The notes under the pieces are model-generated. The model had not been told where the DNA came from, did not search any database, and was given only the letters and a program-made list of their open reading frames with translations. The translations under genes and the position numbers were made by a program. DNA of 52,468 bases from a virus (Duplodnaviria > Caudoviricetes), in IMG/VR virus record IMGVR_UViG_3300033153_008490, positions 1 to 52,468 of that record; one strand, written 5' to 3'. Of this stretch, positions 37,330 through 46,952 are shown piece by piece. Position 1 is the stretch's first letter. Each line of letters starts with the position of its first letter.

Positions 37330-40300
37330 CTTTCAGAGACACATTAGCGCCCAAACCATCGCCATTGGACGTTGCGTCTATGCCGAACACAATGTTTCCA
37401 GAGGAGATACGCGAGTACTCGGACCAAATTCGCAACGCCTATTACTATTCGCGTAATCTTGGTGTTCCCCCTCAAATTGCTATGGACTTGGAACCAGCGA
37501 TCAACGAACACCTCTATGGTGAAGGTATCTCATCGTCCCAAGCATGGCAACAAACCTCATCACGCACTCTATCGTCACGTCGAAAGAGTCTGCACACCGC
37601 TGCGTATGACGGGTGGCGCAACAGCGTTGCTTCGGCTACCGCACAAGCCGCTGGATTTGGCCGCTTTCTCGCTGAGTTCAAAGGGATTGACCAAAGTGTG
37701 GTAGATCCTGCATTTCGCTGGATGTTGGGCATACCGAAAGATGTGGACTTGGATGATGTACTCGCGGGTATCTCAGTTGCGGCACGTCAAGATATCATAG
37801 ACGGGAATAAGGATAATCCGAATCGCACTCTCGCTATCGACCAGGATGCTGGGTATGCCGAGGCGTTATATCAAGTGATAACACGCCCGGAAAACCTTCT
37901 CCAAGGATTAGTGGAGAGTGGACCGCTTATCTTAGAAGGAATGTTGACGGGTGGAGCATTCGGTAAAATACTAGGAGCGGGCGCAGTTCGCGCTGGTCGC
38001 ATTTTAGGTATGGGTGTTCCTATCTCAAGCCAAGCTTACGGTGATGCTCGTGCGGAAGGTACGGCCCCACTATCCGCATTAGGACAAGCACTTCTCACGG
38101 GCGGCATTGAAGCGGTGATTGAAGAGTGGACGCTGGGACGTAAAATAGGGCTCGCCAAACACTTCAAACGCTATGTACAAAGTGGCGGCATGCGTCGCGC
38201 TGTGTGGGAAGGAACGAAGGCGTTTGGGCGTGGAACCGCCGAGGAAGGGACACAAACACTTAATGAGAACTTCTGGCGCTGGGTTTTTACCGACCGCAGT
38301 CAGGAGTGGTTTGAGGGTGTGAGTCAGGCAATGGCGATGGGTGGGCCATTGGAAGCGGTTATGTCAGGGGCGTTTAGCGGGGTGAGTGTGATTGGCACAC
38401 CCGTAGAAGCGAAAGAAGCACAGCGGCGACTTAAGGTGCTGCGCAAACTGGTGAAGAATAGCACGCTCAGCCCAGCAGAGAAAGAGGCATTAAATCTTGA
38501 GTTCGACAAGGCGGCGGGTTTAGTACCAGATATCCTAACACCGATTGAAAAAGGGTTGCAGGAGAAGGGCGCGCGATTCGTCAAAACGCCGAGTGGGGAA
38601 ATGGGCGAGGGTGAGATACGTGACGCTAAGCGTAAAGCCGAGGAAGCGAAGACGAAACCGGAGATCGGTGAAGGGGAAGGCGGGGAAGGGTTTACGCCGT
38701 CTGTGACTGAGGGGATGCCAGAGATATTGGCCGAGCCCACATCCAAGGCGGACAAACCCATCCCGCCTACGATATCTATGGAAGCATATGAAACACCAGA
38801 AGAAGCCAAAACTGCCCGCACTCAACTAGAAGCCGAAGCAGGGGAGAAAGTCAGCCCCCGTCTCTACATCGGCAACGTCACTCCTCGCGCAAAGAAGGCG
38901 TGGGGTAAAATATTTGGTAAGCCACCAGCCGCTGTCCACACCTTCAAAGAGGGGGCGTTTCCCACCAAGCGTACGGCTATTGAAATGACGCGTGGCCAAG
39001 CTGAGTCTTACCTTACATGGCTGGAAGAGGATCTCGCCTCCCGCATTGATAACAACGAAATCAACACCAATCGTGACATAGCGATGGCCCACGCTGATTG
39101 GGGGGATATTGCCTCCATTCGCCGTGTTCTCGGTATAGAAGTAGGTGTCGAGCCCTTCCGGGTACACTATACCAAGGCCAAAAAAATGGCCTACATAGAT
39201 CAGAAGGAAGTGGCTAAACTACGTAATGAGATCCACCGCTTAGATAAACAACTCTCCACTCTCAACGCGAAAGAAGAGACTACGGAATTAACAGACGCAG
39301 AAGACACAACACGCGACCGTCTGGCCGCCGAACTACGTGCTCTGGAGGAGAAAGTATACCAACTACAACGAGCTGCTGGTGCCGCTGTGTCTATATTGAA
39401 AAATGTGAAAGCGGTTATCTCTTCCGCCGTAACGCCCAGCAAACTACAAATGTCGAACCTGACCGTACAGGAGGTGCTCCGCGCCACCATGAAACGGGGG
39501 GCACGATATGCCAAAATGGCCTACGCCGGTGGTCGTAGAGAATTACGCGCTCAAATCCAAGCACAACGCGAAGCCCGTCGTCGTCTTGCATCAGCTATCA
39601 AGCGTGCGCGGCAGCCTATTCCAAATACCGTAAAGTTGGAATACCGACAGGCTATTCACGAACTACGCAAAGGCGTTGATCTCCGACGGCGTAGTCAGAA
39701 GGTGTTGGCTGAGCGGCGCACCATGCGAAGACTGGTGGAAAAGTACCCAGAGGTATTCAAAGGTATGCCAACTAAGCGGATGGCACAGCTATTGATACGT
39801 CCACTGAATGACTTCACTATTGGCGAATTGGAAGACTTGGCGTCCCAGATCGATACGCTTATCGCTATGGGCCAAGTCGCTAAGGAACAAGTGGTTGTCC
39901 AAGAGGAAAAGATGAAGAAGCGTGACTTGGGCGCCCTTACCGCCGGATCAACGAAGGCCACTGCGCGAGATATAATTCGTCCCGACCAAGTGGGTAAACC
40001 ACTAACCCTGGAGCAGCGCACGAAGAACACATTGGCAAAATTAATCAACACCGCTAAGGTAAAATGGCGAGCCTTCACAATGCCAATGGATGTGTTGTTC
40101 GATTTAGCTGATGGGGGCACGGCGACCTACGACGGTCCCAATTATCGCATTTTCAAAAGGACTTTGGATGAACGATATGGACACTACAAAAACCGTGCTG
40201 ATGGTTTGGTTCACGATGTGCGAGAGCTAGCCCGCGCGCTAGGACTCACCAATCCCAATTTTGAACGCATTGGCGTTTATGCAGTAGATCAGCAAAAAGG

Positions 40301-41867
40301 CGGTCGTCAGAAGTTGTTAGACACGGGCTACACCGAAACTGAGATCAAGTCAGTTGAACTTAACGACGGGGAGATGCAAGTCTATGCGGCTATGCGAGAG
40401 GCGCTTGATGAGTTACGCCCTGATGTAGAAGCAGTACTCCGTGACGTCTATGATCGTGAGATGTCTGTTGTGGAAAACTACTTCCCGTGGTTGACCAACT
40501 TCGCAGAGATGTCAGACTCCAAAATTCAGGATATGTTCGGTGACACTGTAAAGGAGTATGAGGGTCCGGTAAAGCAGAAAAAAGTTGATCTGGGCATAAC
40601 CTTGACAAGAACCTATGGCACGCAGGCCGTTAAGATTAATGCGATGGAAGTGTTTGAGCGCCACGTTGACAACGCTTCCTATCTAATTGAGATGTCGGGC
40701 GACATCAAACGGCTCTTTGAAATCGCCAACACCCAACAATACAGCGACGCCGTGGGCGAAAGTGTACAAATGGAGGTGCTTAACTACCTTAGCTTGATGG
40801 CGCGCAAGGGTGGAATTGAGCGTAACAAGTCAATCCCCATATTGGATGTTTACCGCAAACACGTAGGCGCTGCCACGCTAGGCTTTAAGCTTTCCTCCGC
40901 CCTTATCAATGTTACGCCATTGTTGGATGGGGCAGGGCTGATTGGCCGCTATGCTTTCACGGGTGCGTATGACATTGCTACGAATCAAGAACTACGTGTG
41001 TTTCTGGGGAAAAACTTCCCCGAATTACGAGACCGTATGGGTGGGGAAATTGATCTACGCGATTTTGGTTCTTCTACGCTTCAGAGGATAGAGAAGGCGG
41101 GCTTCTGGCCCCTCCAGAAGATAGACGGCCTAACCGCCATGTCCATCGTAGCGGGCGCGTACCAAAAGTATTTGGACGAGCACGGACTCAAGTTGGACCT
41201 GACACGGCCTAATACAGAGGGAATCGCTGAAGCACAGCGCATCATGCGAAGGACGCAGGCGTCCGGTTTCTCTAAGGACCTGCCCTCCGCTTTCACTCAA
41301 GGCACTGTAACAGGTAACGTGTCTATAGATCGATTGCTGCTTCACTTCCAAACATTCATCGTAAACCGTTGGTCTTTCATCGAGCATGATATGCTGCGCG
41401 CAGGGATAAAGACGGGCAACACGACTCAGATGATGAATATCTTCTTCTGGATGTCTATGGCGTTGTTTGCCGAACTTGGTTTGCGTCGCATGTCCAAAGA
41501 ACTCATTGCCATGATGACGGGGGAAGACTTGGATGATTGGGGGGAGACGTTTACCAATGAGTGGGTTGCTAATGCACTGCAAACCGTGCCCGGCTTATCC
41601 CAAGCGACCAGCGCCTACACCTATGGCTCCATGCCCGTACCGACGCTGGCTATCACAAATGATCTACTGGTCAAACTACAATATCTCAAACGAACCAAAA
41701 ATCCCAATAAAAAGCTCATCAAAGCGATTGAGCTAGGATTATTATCTACTGGCACTGCGATGGGCGTACCGGGCACACGACAACTCAGCGATATAGCCAA
41801 TAGCTATAATCGTACATTGCCGTCATCGCGGGGCAAAAAGAAATTCGAGTGGAAGTCTACGAGGTGA
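37326..41867 (+). CDS. Large internal virion (ejection) protein, T7 gp16-like position
   Basis: 1513 aa helical, EGTQT and RRTQ...F..FI..RW C-terminal region, immediately before the tail fibre. Confidence 0.7.
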   Translation: MTFRDTLAPKPSPLDVASMPNTMFPEEIREYSDQIRNAYYYSRNLGVPPQIAMDLEPAINEHLYGEGISSSQAWQQTSSRTLSSRRKSLHTAAYDGWRNSVASATAQAAGFGRFLAEFKGIDQSVVDPAFRWMLGIPKDVDLDDVLAGISVAARQDIIDGNKDNPNRTLAIDQDAGYAEALYQVITRPENLLQGLVESGPLILEGMLTGGAFGKILGAGAVRAGRILGMGVPISSQAYGDARAEGTAPLSALGQALLTGGIEAVIEEWTLGRKIGLAKHFKRYVQSGGMRRAVWEGTKAFGRGTAEEGTQTLNENFWRWVFTDRSQEWFEGVSQAMAMGGPLEAVMSGAFSGVSVIGTPVEAKEAQRRLKVLRKLVKNSTLSPAEKEALNLEFDKAAGLVPDILTPIEKGLQEKGARFVKTPSGEMGEGEIRDAKRKAEEAKTKPEIGEGEGGEGFTPSVTEGMPEILAEPTSKADKPIPPTISMEAYETPEEAKTARTQLEAEAGEKVSPRLYIGNVTPRAKKAWGKIFGKPPAAVHTFKEGAFPTKRTAIEMTRGQAESYLTWLEEDLASRIDNNEINTNRDIAMAHADWGDIASIRRVLGIEVGVEPFRVHYTKAKKMAYIDQKEVAKLRNEIHRLDKQLSTLNAKEETTELTDAEDTTRDRLAAELRALEEKVYQLQRAAGAAVSILKNVKAVISSAVTPSKLQMSNLTVQEVLRATMKRGARYAKMAYAGGRRELRAQIQAQREARRRLASAIKRARQPIPNTVKLEYRQAIHELRKGVDLRRRSQKVLAERRTMRRLVEKYPEVFKGMPTKRMAQLLIRPLNDFTIGELEDLASQIDTLIAMGQVAKEQVVVQEEKMKKRDLGALTAGSTKATARDIIRPDQVGKPLTLEQRTKNTLAKLINTAKVKWRAFTMPMDVLFDLADGGTATYDGPNYRIFKRTLDERYGHYKNRADGLVHDVRELARALGLTNPNFERIGVYAVDQQKGGRQKLLDTGYTETEIKSVELNDGEMQVYAAMREALDELRPDVEAVLRDVYDREMSVVENYFPWLTNFAEMSDSKIQDMFGDTVKEYEGPVKQKKVDLGITLTRTYGTQAVKINAMEVFERHVDNASYLIEMSGDIKRLFEIANTQQYSDAVGESVQMEVLNYLSLMARKGGIERNKSIPILDVYRKHVGAATLGFKLSSALINVTPLLDGAGLIGRYAFTGAYDIATNQELRVFLGKNFPELRDRMGGEIDLRDFGSSTLQRIEKAGFWPLQKIDGLTAMSIVAGAYQKYLDEHGLKLDLTRPNTEGIAEAQRIMRRTQASGFSKDLPSAFTQGTVTGNVSIDRLLLHFQTFIVNRWSFIEHDMLRAGIKTGNTTQMMNIFFWMSMALFAELGLRRMSKELIAMMTGEDLDDWGETFTNEWVANALQTVPGLSQATSAYTYGSMPVPTLAITNDLLVKLQYLKRTKNPNKKLIKAIELGLLSTGTAMGVPGTRQLSDIANSYNRTLPSSRGKKKFEWKSTR

Positions 41868-41871
41868 TAAT

Positions 41872-44373
41872 ATGACAGTTAGTAATAGCACCGCACGAAC
41901 CAGCGCCGTAGGCACGGCCACCGCTGGACAAGCTGTACCGTTCTCGTTTCCTATCGGTGCGAGCAGTGAATTGGTCGTCAAATCCCGCGTAACCACCACC
42001 GGCGTAGAGGCGACGCTCACGGAAACGACGGACTACACAGTGGCCATCACAGGGGACACAGGTGGCACCGTAACTATGGTCGCCGCGTGGGCGACTACGT
42101 ATGAAATCTGGGTCCTGCGCGACACGACCAAAACACAGTCGCTCGACCTAATCCACGGCGGCACCTTCTCCGCTGAGAATATCGAGGACGCACTCGATAA
42201 GAATTGCAAATTAACAGTAAACAATGCGGATGAGTTGGACCGCACACTTCGCGCCCCCGACACAGACCCTACTACGCTTGACATGGAATTGCCCAACAGT
42301 GTGGATCGCGCGAGCAACTACCTCGCATTCGATTCCGATGGGGAGCCCACAATGGTGGCTGGCGTTGCTCCAACAACGGCGACGATCTCGGCGTGGGCGG
42401 AAACGCTATTAGATGATAGTAGCTCATCCGAGGCGCTAAGCACACTCGGCTTTAGCGCTTTTGGCAAAACCATAATCGACGATGCGGATGCAATAGCGCT
42501 CAAAGATACCACAAATTTGGATCACGTGTTCGATGTGCGAGATTATGGGGCTCTCATCAACGGAACTACTGATGACACCGCTGCGATCAAAGCGGCGATA
42601 GACGCAGCTGAAGCAGCCGGTGGCGGGACAGTCTTCCTGCCAAAAGGTACGTATTTGATCTCCCCCGGCACAACAACATACTGGACTCTGACAGAGAACA
42701 TCCAATTCATTGGCGAGCCTGGTACGATAATGGATCTGGAAGATATTCTCGTATTTCAAGCCAACGACGCTGATGCGACGCTGGTTTTGCAGACCGACAT
42801 CTCTCGGGGGGACACAACACTGACCGTAGACAATGGGTCTAGCGTCTCTGCGGGTGATGTCCTCCATATTACCACTACGACCAATATCGGTCCCGGTAAC
42901 AAGGAGGAGACCCACATTGTACGTTCGGTCTCCGGTAATACGATTACGCTGGCGGATTCGCTTTTGATGAGCTATGCCACGGACGTGGATGGTGGTAGTT
43001 TGGATGCTGGCTTGGCTATCAACGCCTACAATGAGCGCAAGTTATTGGTGCGAAATATCCAATTCAATGTGACCACTAGCACAGCCATCGACTTCTTCGG
43101 GCTCGCCGAACTCATTATTGAGCGAAGTGCTGTTGATAGTGATATCGCCACCGGCACCGCTTGTCTAATCGACAAGTGCTGTAATGTTCATCTCACAGAC
43201 TGGAGTAGTTCAGACGCTCATTACGGAATTGAAACAGCCAGCGTCAACGGCTTCTACGCCGATAGAGTGTTTGCCCATCGCAATGCCCAGCACCCCATTG
43301 CGCCGGGTTACGGCTCGAACAACATCTACATCAGTAATATCGTCGGGCGTGGATGCGGAGCCACAGTAGACAGCCACTTCGCCTTCAACGTCCACTACAA
43401 CAATGTAGACGCACAGGATACGGGCAAATTCTCATTGCGAGGTCTCGGCAATTGCTCCTTGCGAAATGCCAAGATTCACACTTCGACGGCGGACACTGGA
43501 GTAGTCTGGTACGAAGGCAACTCAGCAACTTTGACGGCCGACACGGCTATCTACGATACGACGAACTTCACGTTTGAGAATATCGAGATTCTTGCTCCCA
43601 ATATTACACCAGAGACGGTCGCCGAACGGATGGATTTCTACTACGGCGAGAATCTAGTGTTGAAAAATTTCACCTTTCCCGGCCACGTGCTACTCAGCAG
43701 CGTATCAAACAACGGGTTCGAGACGATTAACATATCCAATTCAAAAATATTCAAACTTCAATGTCAGGGCGGTAGTCGTATCTCTATTGACGGTACGCAA
43801 TTTGTCAGCGCCGTAGCGACGGACGCCGAGGACGTAGGCTTGATCGTGACGTCTGCTTTATCTCTTGTTCTAAGCAACTGCCGCTTCCAGGATTACGATT
43901 TTATCCAAGCTCAATACCAAGCGGTGCGACCTACGTTTTGGTCCAATTGTACGTTCGAGGATTGTGGTGATTTTGCCCACGATACTAAAGGCGCTGGCAC
44001 CGCCGCCGTTCACTACTTCACCAACTGTGATTTAGCCGACGTCGCCGCAATTGCCGCCACTGAAGTATTGAATAATGCGCACTTCACACAGTCTTGTAAT
44101 ACCGGCACAACACCAGCGCTGCACACAGGTTCGGTAACTTGGGACCCAGCTAGCCTAAACGATGGTGTTGGGGAGACCTCCAGCGGCATTACAGTAGCCG
44201 GTGCAGCCTTGGGCGATTTTGTGCAAGTCTCTGCGCCATACGACCTTCAAGACTGTGTTGCGCACGGCTATGTCCAGGCAGCCAACACCGTCGAGATCCG
44301 CCTACAAAACGAATCAGGCGGGGTTAAGAATTTTGCCAGTGGTACGTGGCGCGTGCGAGTAACCAAATTGTAA
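41872..44373 (+). CDS. Tail spike/fibre with beta-helix (pectate lyase 3-like) depolymerase domain
   Basis: T7 gp17-like N-terminus (FSFPI....L.V...TDYTV...GGTVT...E.ALD), then DVRDYGA..NG..DDTAAI.AAI.A....GG.V.LP.GTY and beta-helix repeats. Confidence 0.88.
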   Translation: MTVSNSTARTSAVGTATAGQAVPFSFPIGASSELVVKSRVTTTGVEATLTETTDYTVAITGDTGGTVTMVAAWATTYEIWVLRDTTKTQSLDLIHGGTFSAENIEDALDKNCKLTVNNADELDRTLRAPDTDPTTLDMELPNSVDRASNYLAFDSDGEPTMVAGVAPTTATISAWAETLLDDSSSSEALSTLGFSAFGKTIIDDADAIALKDTTNLDHVFDVRDYGALINGTTDDTAAIKAAIDAAEAAGGGTVFLPKGTYLISPGTTTYWTLTENIQFIGEPGTIMDLEDILVFQANDADATLVLQTDISRGDTTLTVDNGSSVSAGDVLHITTTTNIGPGNKEETHIVRSVSGNTITLADSLLMSYATDVDGGSLDAGLAINAYNERKLLVRNIQFNVTTSTAIDFFGLAELIIERSAVDSDIATGTACLIDKCCNVHLTDWSSSDAHYGIETASVNGFYADRVFAHRNAQHPIAPGYGSNNIYISNIVGRGCGATVDSHFAFNVHYNNVDAQDTGKFSLRGLGNCSLRNAKIHTSTADTGVVWYEGNSATLTADTAIYDTTNFTFENIEILAPNITPETVAERMDFYYGENLVLKNFTFPGHVLLSSVSNNGFETINISNSKIFKLQCQGGSRISIDGTQFVSAVATDAEDVGLIVTSALSLVLSNCRFQDYDFIQAQYQAVRPTFWSNCTFEDCGDFAHDTKGAGTAAVHYFTNCDLADVAAIAATEVLNNAHFTQSCNTGTTPALHTGSVTWDPASLNDGVGETSSGITVAGAALGDFVQVSAPYDLQDCVAHGYVQAANTVEIRLQNESGGVKNFASGTWRVRVTKL

Positions 44374-44396
44374 TACAGAATTACTCTCCTGCAAGA

Positions 44397-44435
44397 CCCT
44401 GCCCCCGGCTTGTAGCTGGGGGTGGGGCGCTTTTT
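44397..44435 (+). terminator. Rho-independent terminator
   Basis: CCCTGCCCCCGGC-TTGTA-GCTGGGGGTGGGG followed by CGCTTTTT. Confidence 0.7.
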
Positions 44436-44446
44436 ACCGCCCAAAG

Positions 44447-44478
44447 TTGAACATAGTATTAGAGAGTGTAGTATAGGT
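44447..44478 (+). promoter_or_regulatory. Possible sigma70-type promoter
   Basis: TTGAAC-N16-TAGTAT in an AT-rich gap just after the terminator. Confidence 0.35.
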
Positions 44479-44522
44479 ATAAGTATGGGTAATAGTAATA
44501 CCAACCTAGTAGGAGAGTAGCC

Positions 44523-44852
44523 GTGTGGACCATACAGCAATATATCCCTAACTTCGTAGACATTGGAGACAAGATACCACCAACAGCATCATTCCAAACT
44601 TTGGAAGAGTTGACGGCAATCCCGTTTGTACAGGGTTGGACCGAAGATCCAGGATTCAAACAGTTATCCATGAGCATACGCAACAACGAGATTCGTCCAT
44701 ATCCCCTACTTATGGCCGAGTATGAGACCGGCAGCGCACCTTGCGTTGGCCACCTACGTGGTATACCCACATTTTTACCCTTATGGCGGCGTGTGTCCAA
44801 CGACGTAGCGCGTGCGCTCAATATTGATCCAAGTAGAATGCCTACCAAATAG
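44523..44852 (+). CDS. Hypothetical protein
   Basis: 109-aa ORF with AGGAGAG RBS and GTG start. Confidence 0.55.
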   Translation: MWTIQQYIPNFVDIGDKIPPTASFQTLEELTAIPFVQGWTEDPGFKQLSMSIRNNEIRPYPLLMAEYETGSAPCVGHLRGIPTFLPLWRRVSNDVARALNIDPSRMPTK

Positions 44853-44862
44853 GAGAGCAACC

Positions 44863-45888
44863 ATGTTATCAGTAATTGTGCCAGCCCATAATGAGGCCGA
44901 ATACTTAAACCACACCATCGCCAATATCTATGATACGGCCACTGGTCCCATCGAAGTGCTTGTTATTGACCAAGGGGGGAACGACAACATCGACGAGCGC
45001 GCCACCATTCTCACACCGGGCGAAAACGTAGGCGAGCGCGCCGCCATGAACATGGGCGCTAAATCAGCAACCGGCACACACCTTTTCCGCATAGACGCCC
45101 ATTGTGATTTCTCCCCCGTTGGCTGGGACGAATTGCTAATCGAGTCCACGGGTCCGAAGGATCTCACCATATCCGTACTCACCGCTACGGATAAATCGTG
45201 GAACCGACTCCCGGGCCACTGGTATGGCTTTGCCCGCCTTATCACGAATGAACAGGGGGGCCTGGAATGCAAATGGCAAAAAGCCAACAAAGACCATGAT
45301 GAGTACGCCCCCCTCGAACCGAATATGGGTGCGACCGGCTGCGGGATGTGTATCCGCAAAGACTTCTATTGGGAGATTGGCGGCGCTGACGATACATTGC
45401 CTAAGATGGGCGCAATCGGTGAAGAGTTTGCGATCAAAACATGGCACCACAATATCACCCACCACCTATTTGGCCGCGTCCAAACTCGCACCGACGTGAT
45501 GGTCGGCCATATATTTGGAACCGGTGGCTATGATACGAGTGGTGTACTCGTTGCCCAGCAAAAGCTTCACGCCCAATATGGCCATGTTCTCCCCCAAATC
45601 CTATCTCGCTTCCCCGATTGGGATGAGATGAAAATCGTGAAGACAGATCAACCCGGCAAACCCATCCGAACAGTGACCGTTGACCGCACAGATATCATGG
45701 ACACACATGGGGATGAAGGTAAGATCCTCCGCCGCAAGACCAATACCTATCGCTATATTTGGTTGGAGAATGAGCATTTAGACGAATCCGCCTGGACAGA
45801 CGGACAAATTGAAAACAAGTACGCCCCCCTAGCCACACTAATGAGCGAGACAGTGACCTACCCCGATGATGAAACGCCTAATGAGTAA
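44863..45888 (+). CDS. Second polypeptide-GalNAc-transferase-like glycosyltransferase
   Basis: LSVIVPAHNE, G.RAAMN.GA..ATG..LFRIDAHCDF...GWD, FYWEIGG.D......G..GEEF..KTW and VGHIF. AGGAGAG RBS precedes ATG 44863. Confidence 0.82.
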   Translation: MLSVIVPAHNEAEYLNHTIANIYDTATGPIEVLVIDQGGNDNIDERATILTPGENVGERAAMNMGAKSATGTHLFRIDAHCDFSPVGWDELLIESTGPKDLTISVLTATDKSWNRLPGHWYGFARLITNEQGGLECKWQKANKDHDEYAPLEPNMGATGCGMCIRKDFYWEIGGADDTLPKMGAIGEEFAIKTWHHNITHHLFGRVQTRTDVMVGHIFGTGGYDTSGVLVAQQKLHAQYGHVLPQILSRFPDWDEMKIVKTDQPGKPIRTVTVDRTDIMDTHGDEGKILRRKTNTYRYIWLENEHLDESAWTDGQIENKYAPLATLMSETVTYPDDETPNE

Positions 45889-45905
45889 ATAGTCTGGAGC
45901 GAGAC

Positions 45906-46157
45906 GTGATGAACGAGCAAGAACGGTATAACGAGGTGTGTAAGCCAGCCATAGATCGTTTGGAAGTAGCGATCAACCAGTCGAATGATACGAGTGATGA
46001 GATATTGCGAATTCTGAAAGGCCGGAACGGGGATCCCGGACTGCTGGATGAAATGCGAGATATGAAGCGGTTTCGCAATGGGATACTGGGAACACTCGGC
46101 TTCATCCTAGCGGCCATGTTTACTCAGATGGTTCAATGGGTTAGAGGACTATTCTAG
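45906..46157 (+). CDS. Small coiled-coil protein with C-terminal TM (holin-like candidate)
   Basis: LKGRNGDPGL followed by one TM helix. Last gene of the late operon. Confidence 0.5.
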   Translation: MMNEQERYNEVCKPAIDRLEVAINQSNDTSDEILRILKGRNGDPGLLDEMRDMKRFRNGILGTLGFILAAMFTQMVQWVRGLF

Positions 46158-46169
46158 TCATCTCCCTAC

Positions 46170-46544
46170 TTACAGAAGACCACCCACATAGTCCAGCAAC
46201 ACCATTCTAGGAGCGACGATTGCTTGTAGTAGGTCTGTGACATTGCAAAGCAGTAAGATAACAGAGGTCGTCAGGGTCGCCACACTGATCGCACAAATTA
46301 TAAATGCGGCATCAGCACCCTCCCCCAACAGATCTATGTTCTTCTTGGTAAGCCCATACCGCAAGCACAACACGATCAGGGCCAAGCACGCCGCTATACC
46401 ACCCGCGCTGGACACAATCTGCCACCGAATTATCTCCTCCGCCAACAATGGACACTGGATTTGGAGGAACTCCACCCCTGCGGCCACATTGTCCTTTGCC
46501 AGGGTTATCACTTCTGTTAGTTGCTTACTCATCTCAGGGGACAT
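46170..46544 (-). CDS. Two-TM membrane protein
   Basis: Q.PLLAEEIIRW...APRMVLLDY with AGGAGAG RBS. Confidence 0.65.
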   Translation of the reverse strand: MSPEMSKQLTEVITLAKDNVAAGVEFLQIQCPLLAEEIIRWQIVSSAGGIAACLALIVLCLRYGLTKKNIDLLGEGADAAFIICAISVATLTTSVILLLCNVTDLLQAIVAPRMVLLDYVGGLL

Positions 46545-46602
46545 TATAACTCTCCTGTTGTGATGTTAAACCGGTGCGATTTCGTATACCACACACGTGG
46601 GT

Positions 46603-46631
46603 AAAAACCGCCGAGCATCCATTCTCGACGG
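46603..46631 (-). terminator. Terminator-like hairpin ending the ncRNA cluster
   Basis: CCGTCGAG-AATGGATG-CTCGGCGG then TTTTT on the minus strand. Confidence 0.5.
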
Positions 46632-46734
46632 AGGTACTACATTGCCAGTCTCGCAACCGACTGTCGGCATCCACCGCTTCGAGACGGTATTCTTCGACCC
46701 CGTCTAGGCCACCACTTCGCGGTCTTGTGACCAC

Positions 46735-46784
46735 AGCCCGGAATAGGAATCGAACCTAGTTTTTTCGCTGCCAAGCGTCCGGGC
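46735..46784 (-). ncRNA. Minimal tRNA-like element (50 nt)
   Basis: GCCCGGA CGCT-TGGC-AGCG AAAAAA CTAGG-TTCGATT-CCTAT TCCGGGC T. Perfect 7-bp acceptor stem, GG-loop hairpin, canonical T-loop, no anticodon arm. Confidence 0.7.
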
Positions 46785-46802
46785 ACATTACTGTTTCAAA
46801 AC

Positions 46803-46950
46803 GGCACGGCGGGTGATTGGTTTGCATCACTGAACAATCCCAGCCCTGTTTAGTCTGGAACTCGGGCATTTGAGCGTTTTGTGCCCCAACCACTGCAAGA
46901 CACAACTAGGCTTCCCTTGTTGTACTCGGCTACCACACCGCCGCCGTGCC
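46803..46950 (-). ncRNA. Unknown 148-nt structured RNA
   Basis: The ends pair (GGCACGGCG/CGCCGTGCC, extended by GGTG/CACC and TGGT/ACCA). Internal stems: TACAAC/GTTGTG, TTGCA/TGCAA, GGGCA/TGCCC, CCAG/CTGG. Confidence 0.55.
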
Positions 46951-46952
46951 AA

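Noticed and set aside
41872-46157. Diversity-generating retroelement (considered because the structural genes are BPP-1-like)
   Set aside because: No reverse transcriptase and no TR/VR repeat pair seen in the window.
7144-46157. Stop-codon reassignment
   Set aside because: Core genes are full length in the standard code, and TAA, TAG and TGA all terminate genes.
46803-46950. Minimal RNase P RNA (GGGAAGCC and ACTAAACAGGGCT loosely echo conserved regions I and V)
   Set aside because: The P4 pairing is imperfect, other conserved regions are missing and the RNA is too short. An Infernal hit would be required.
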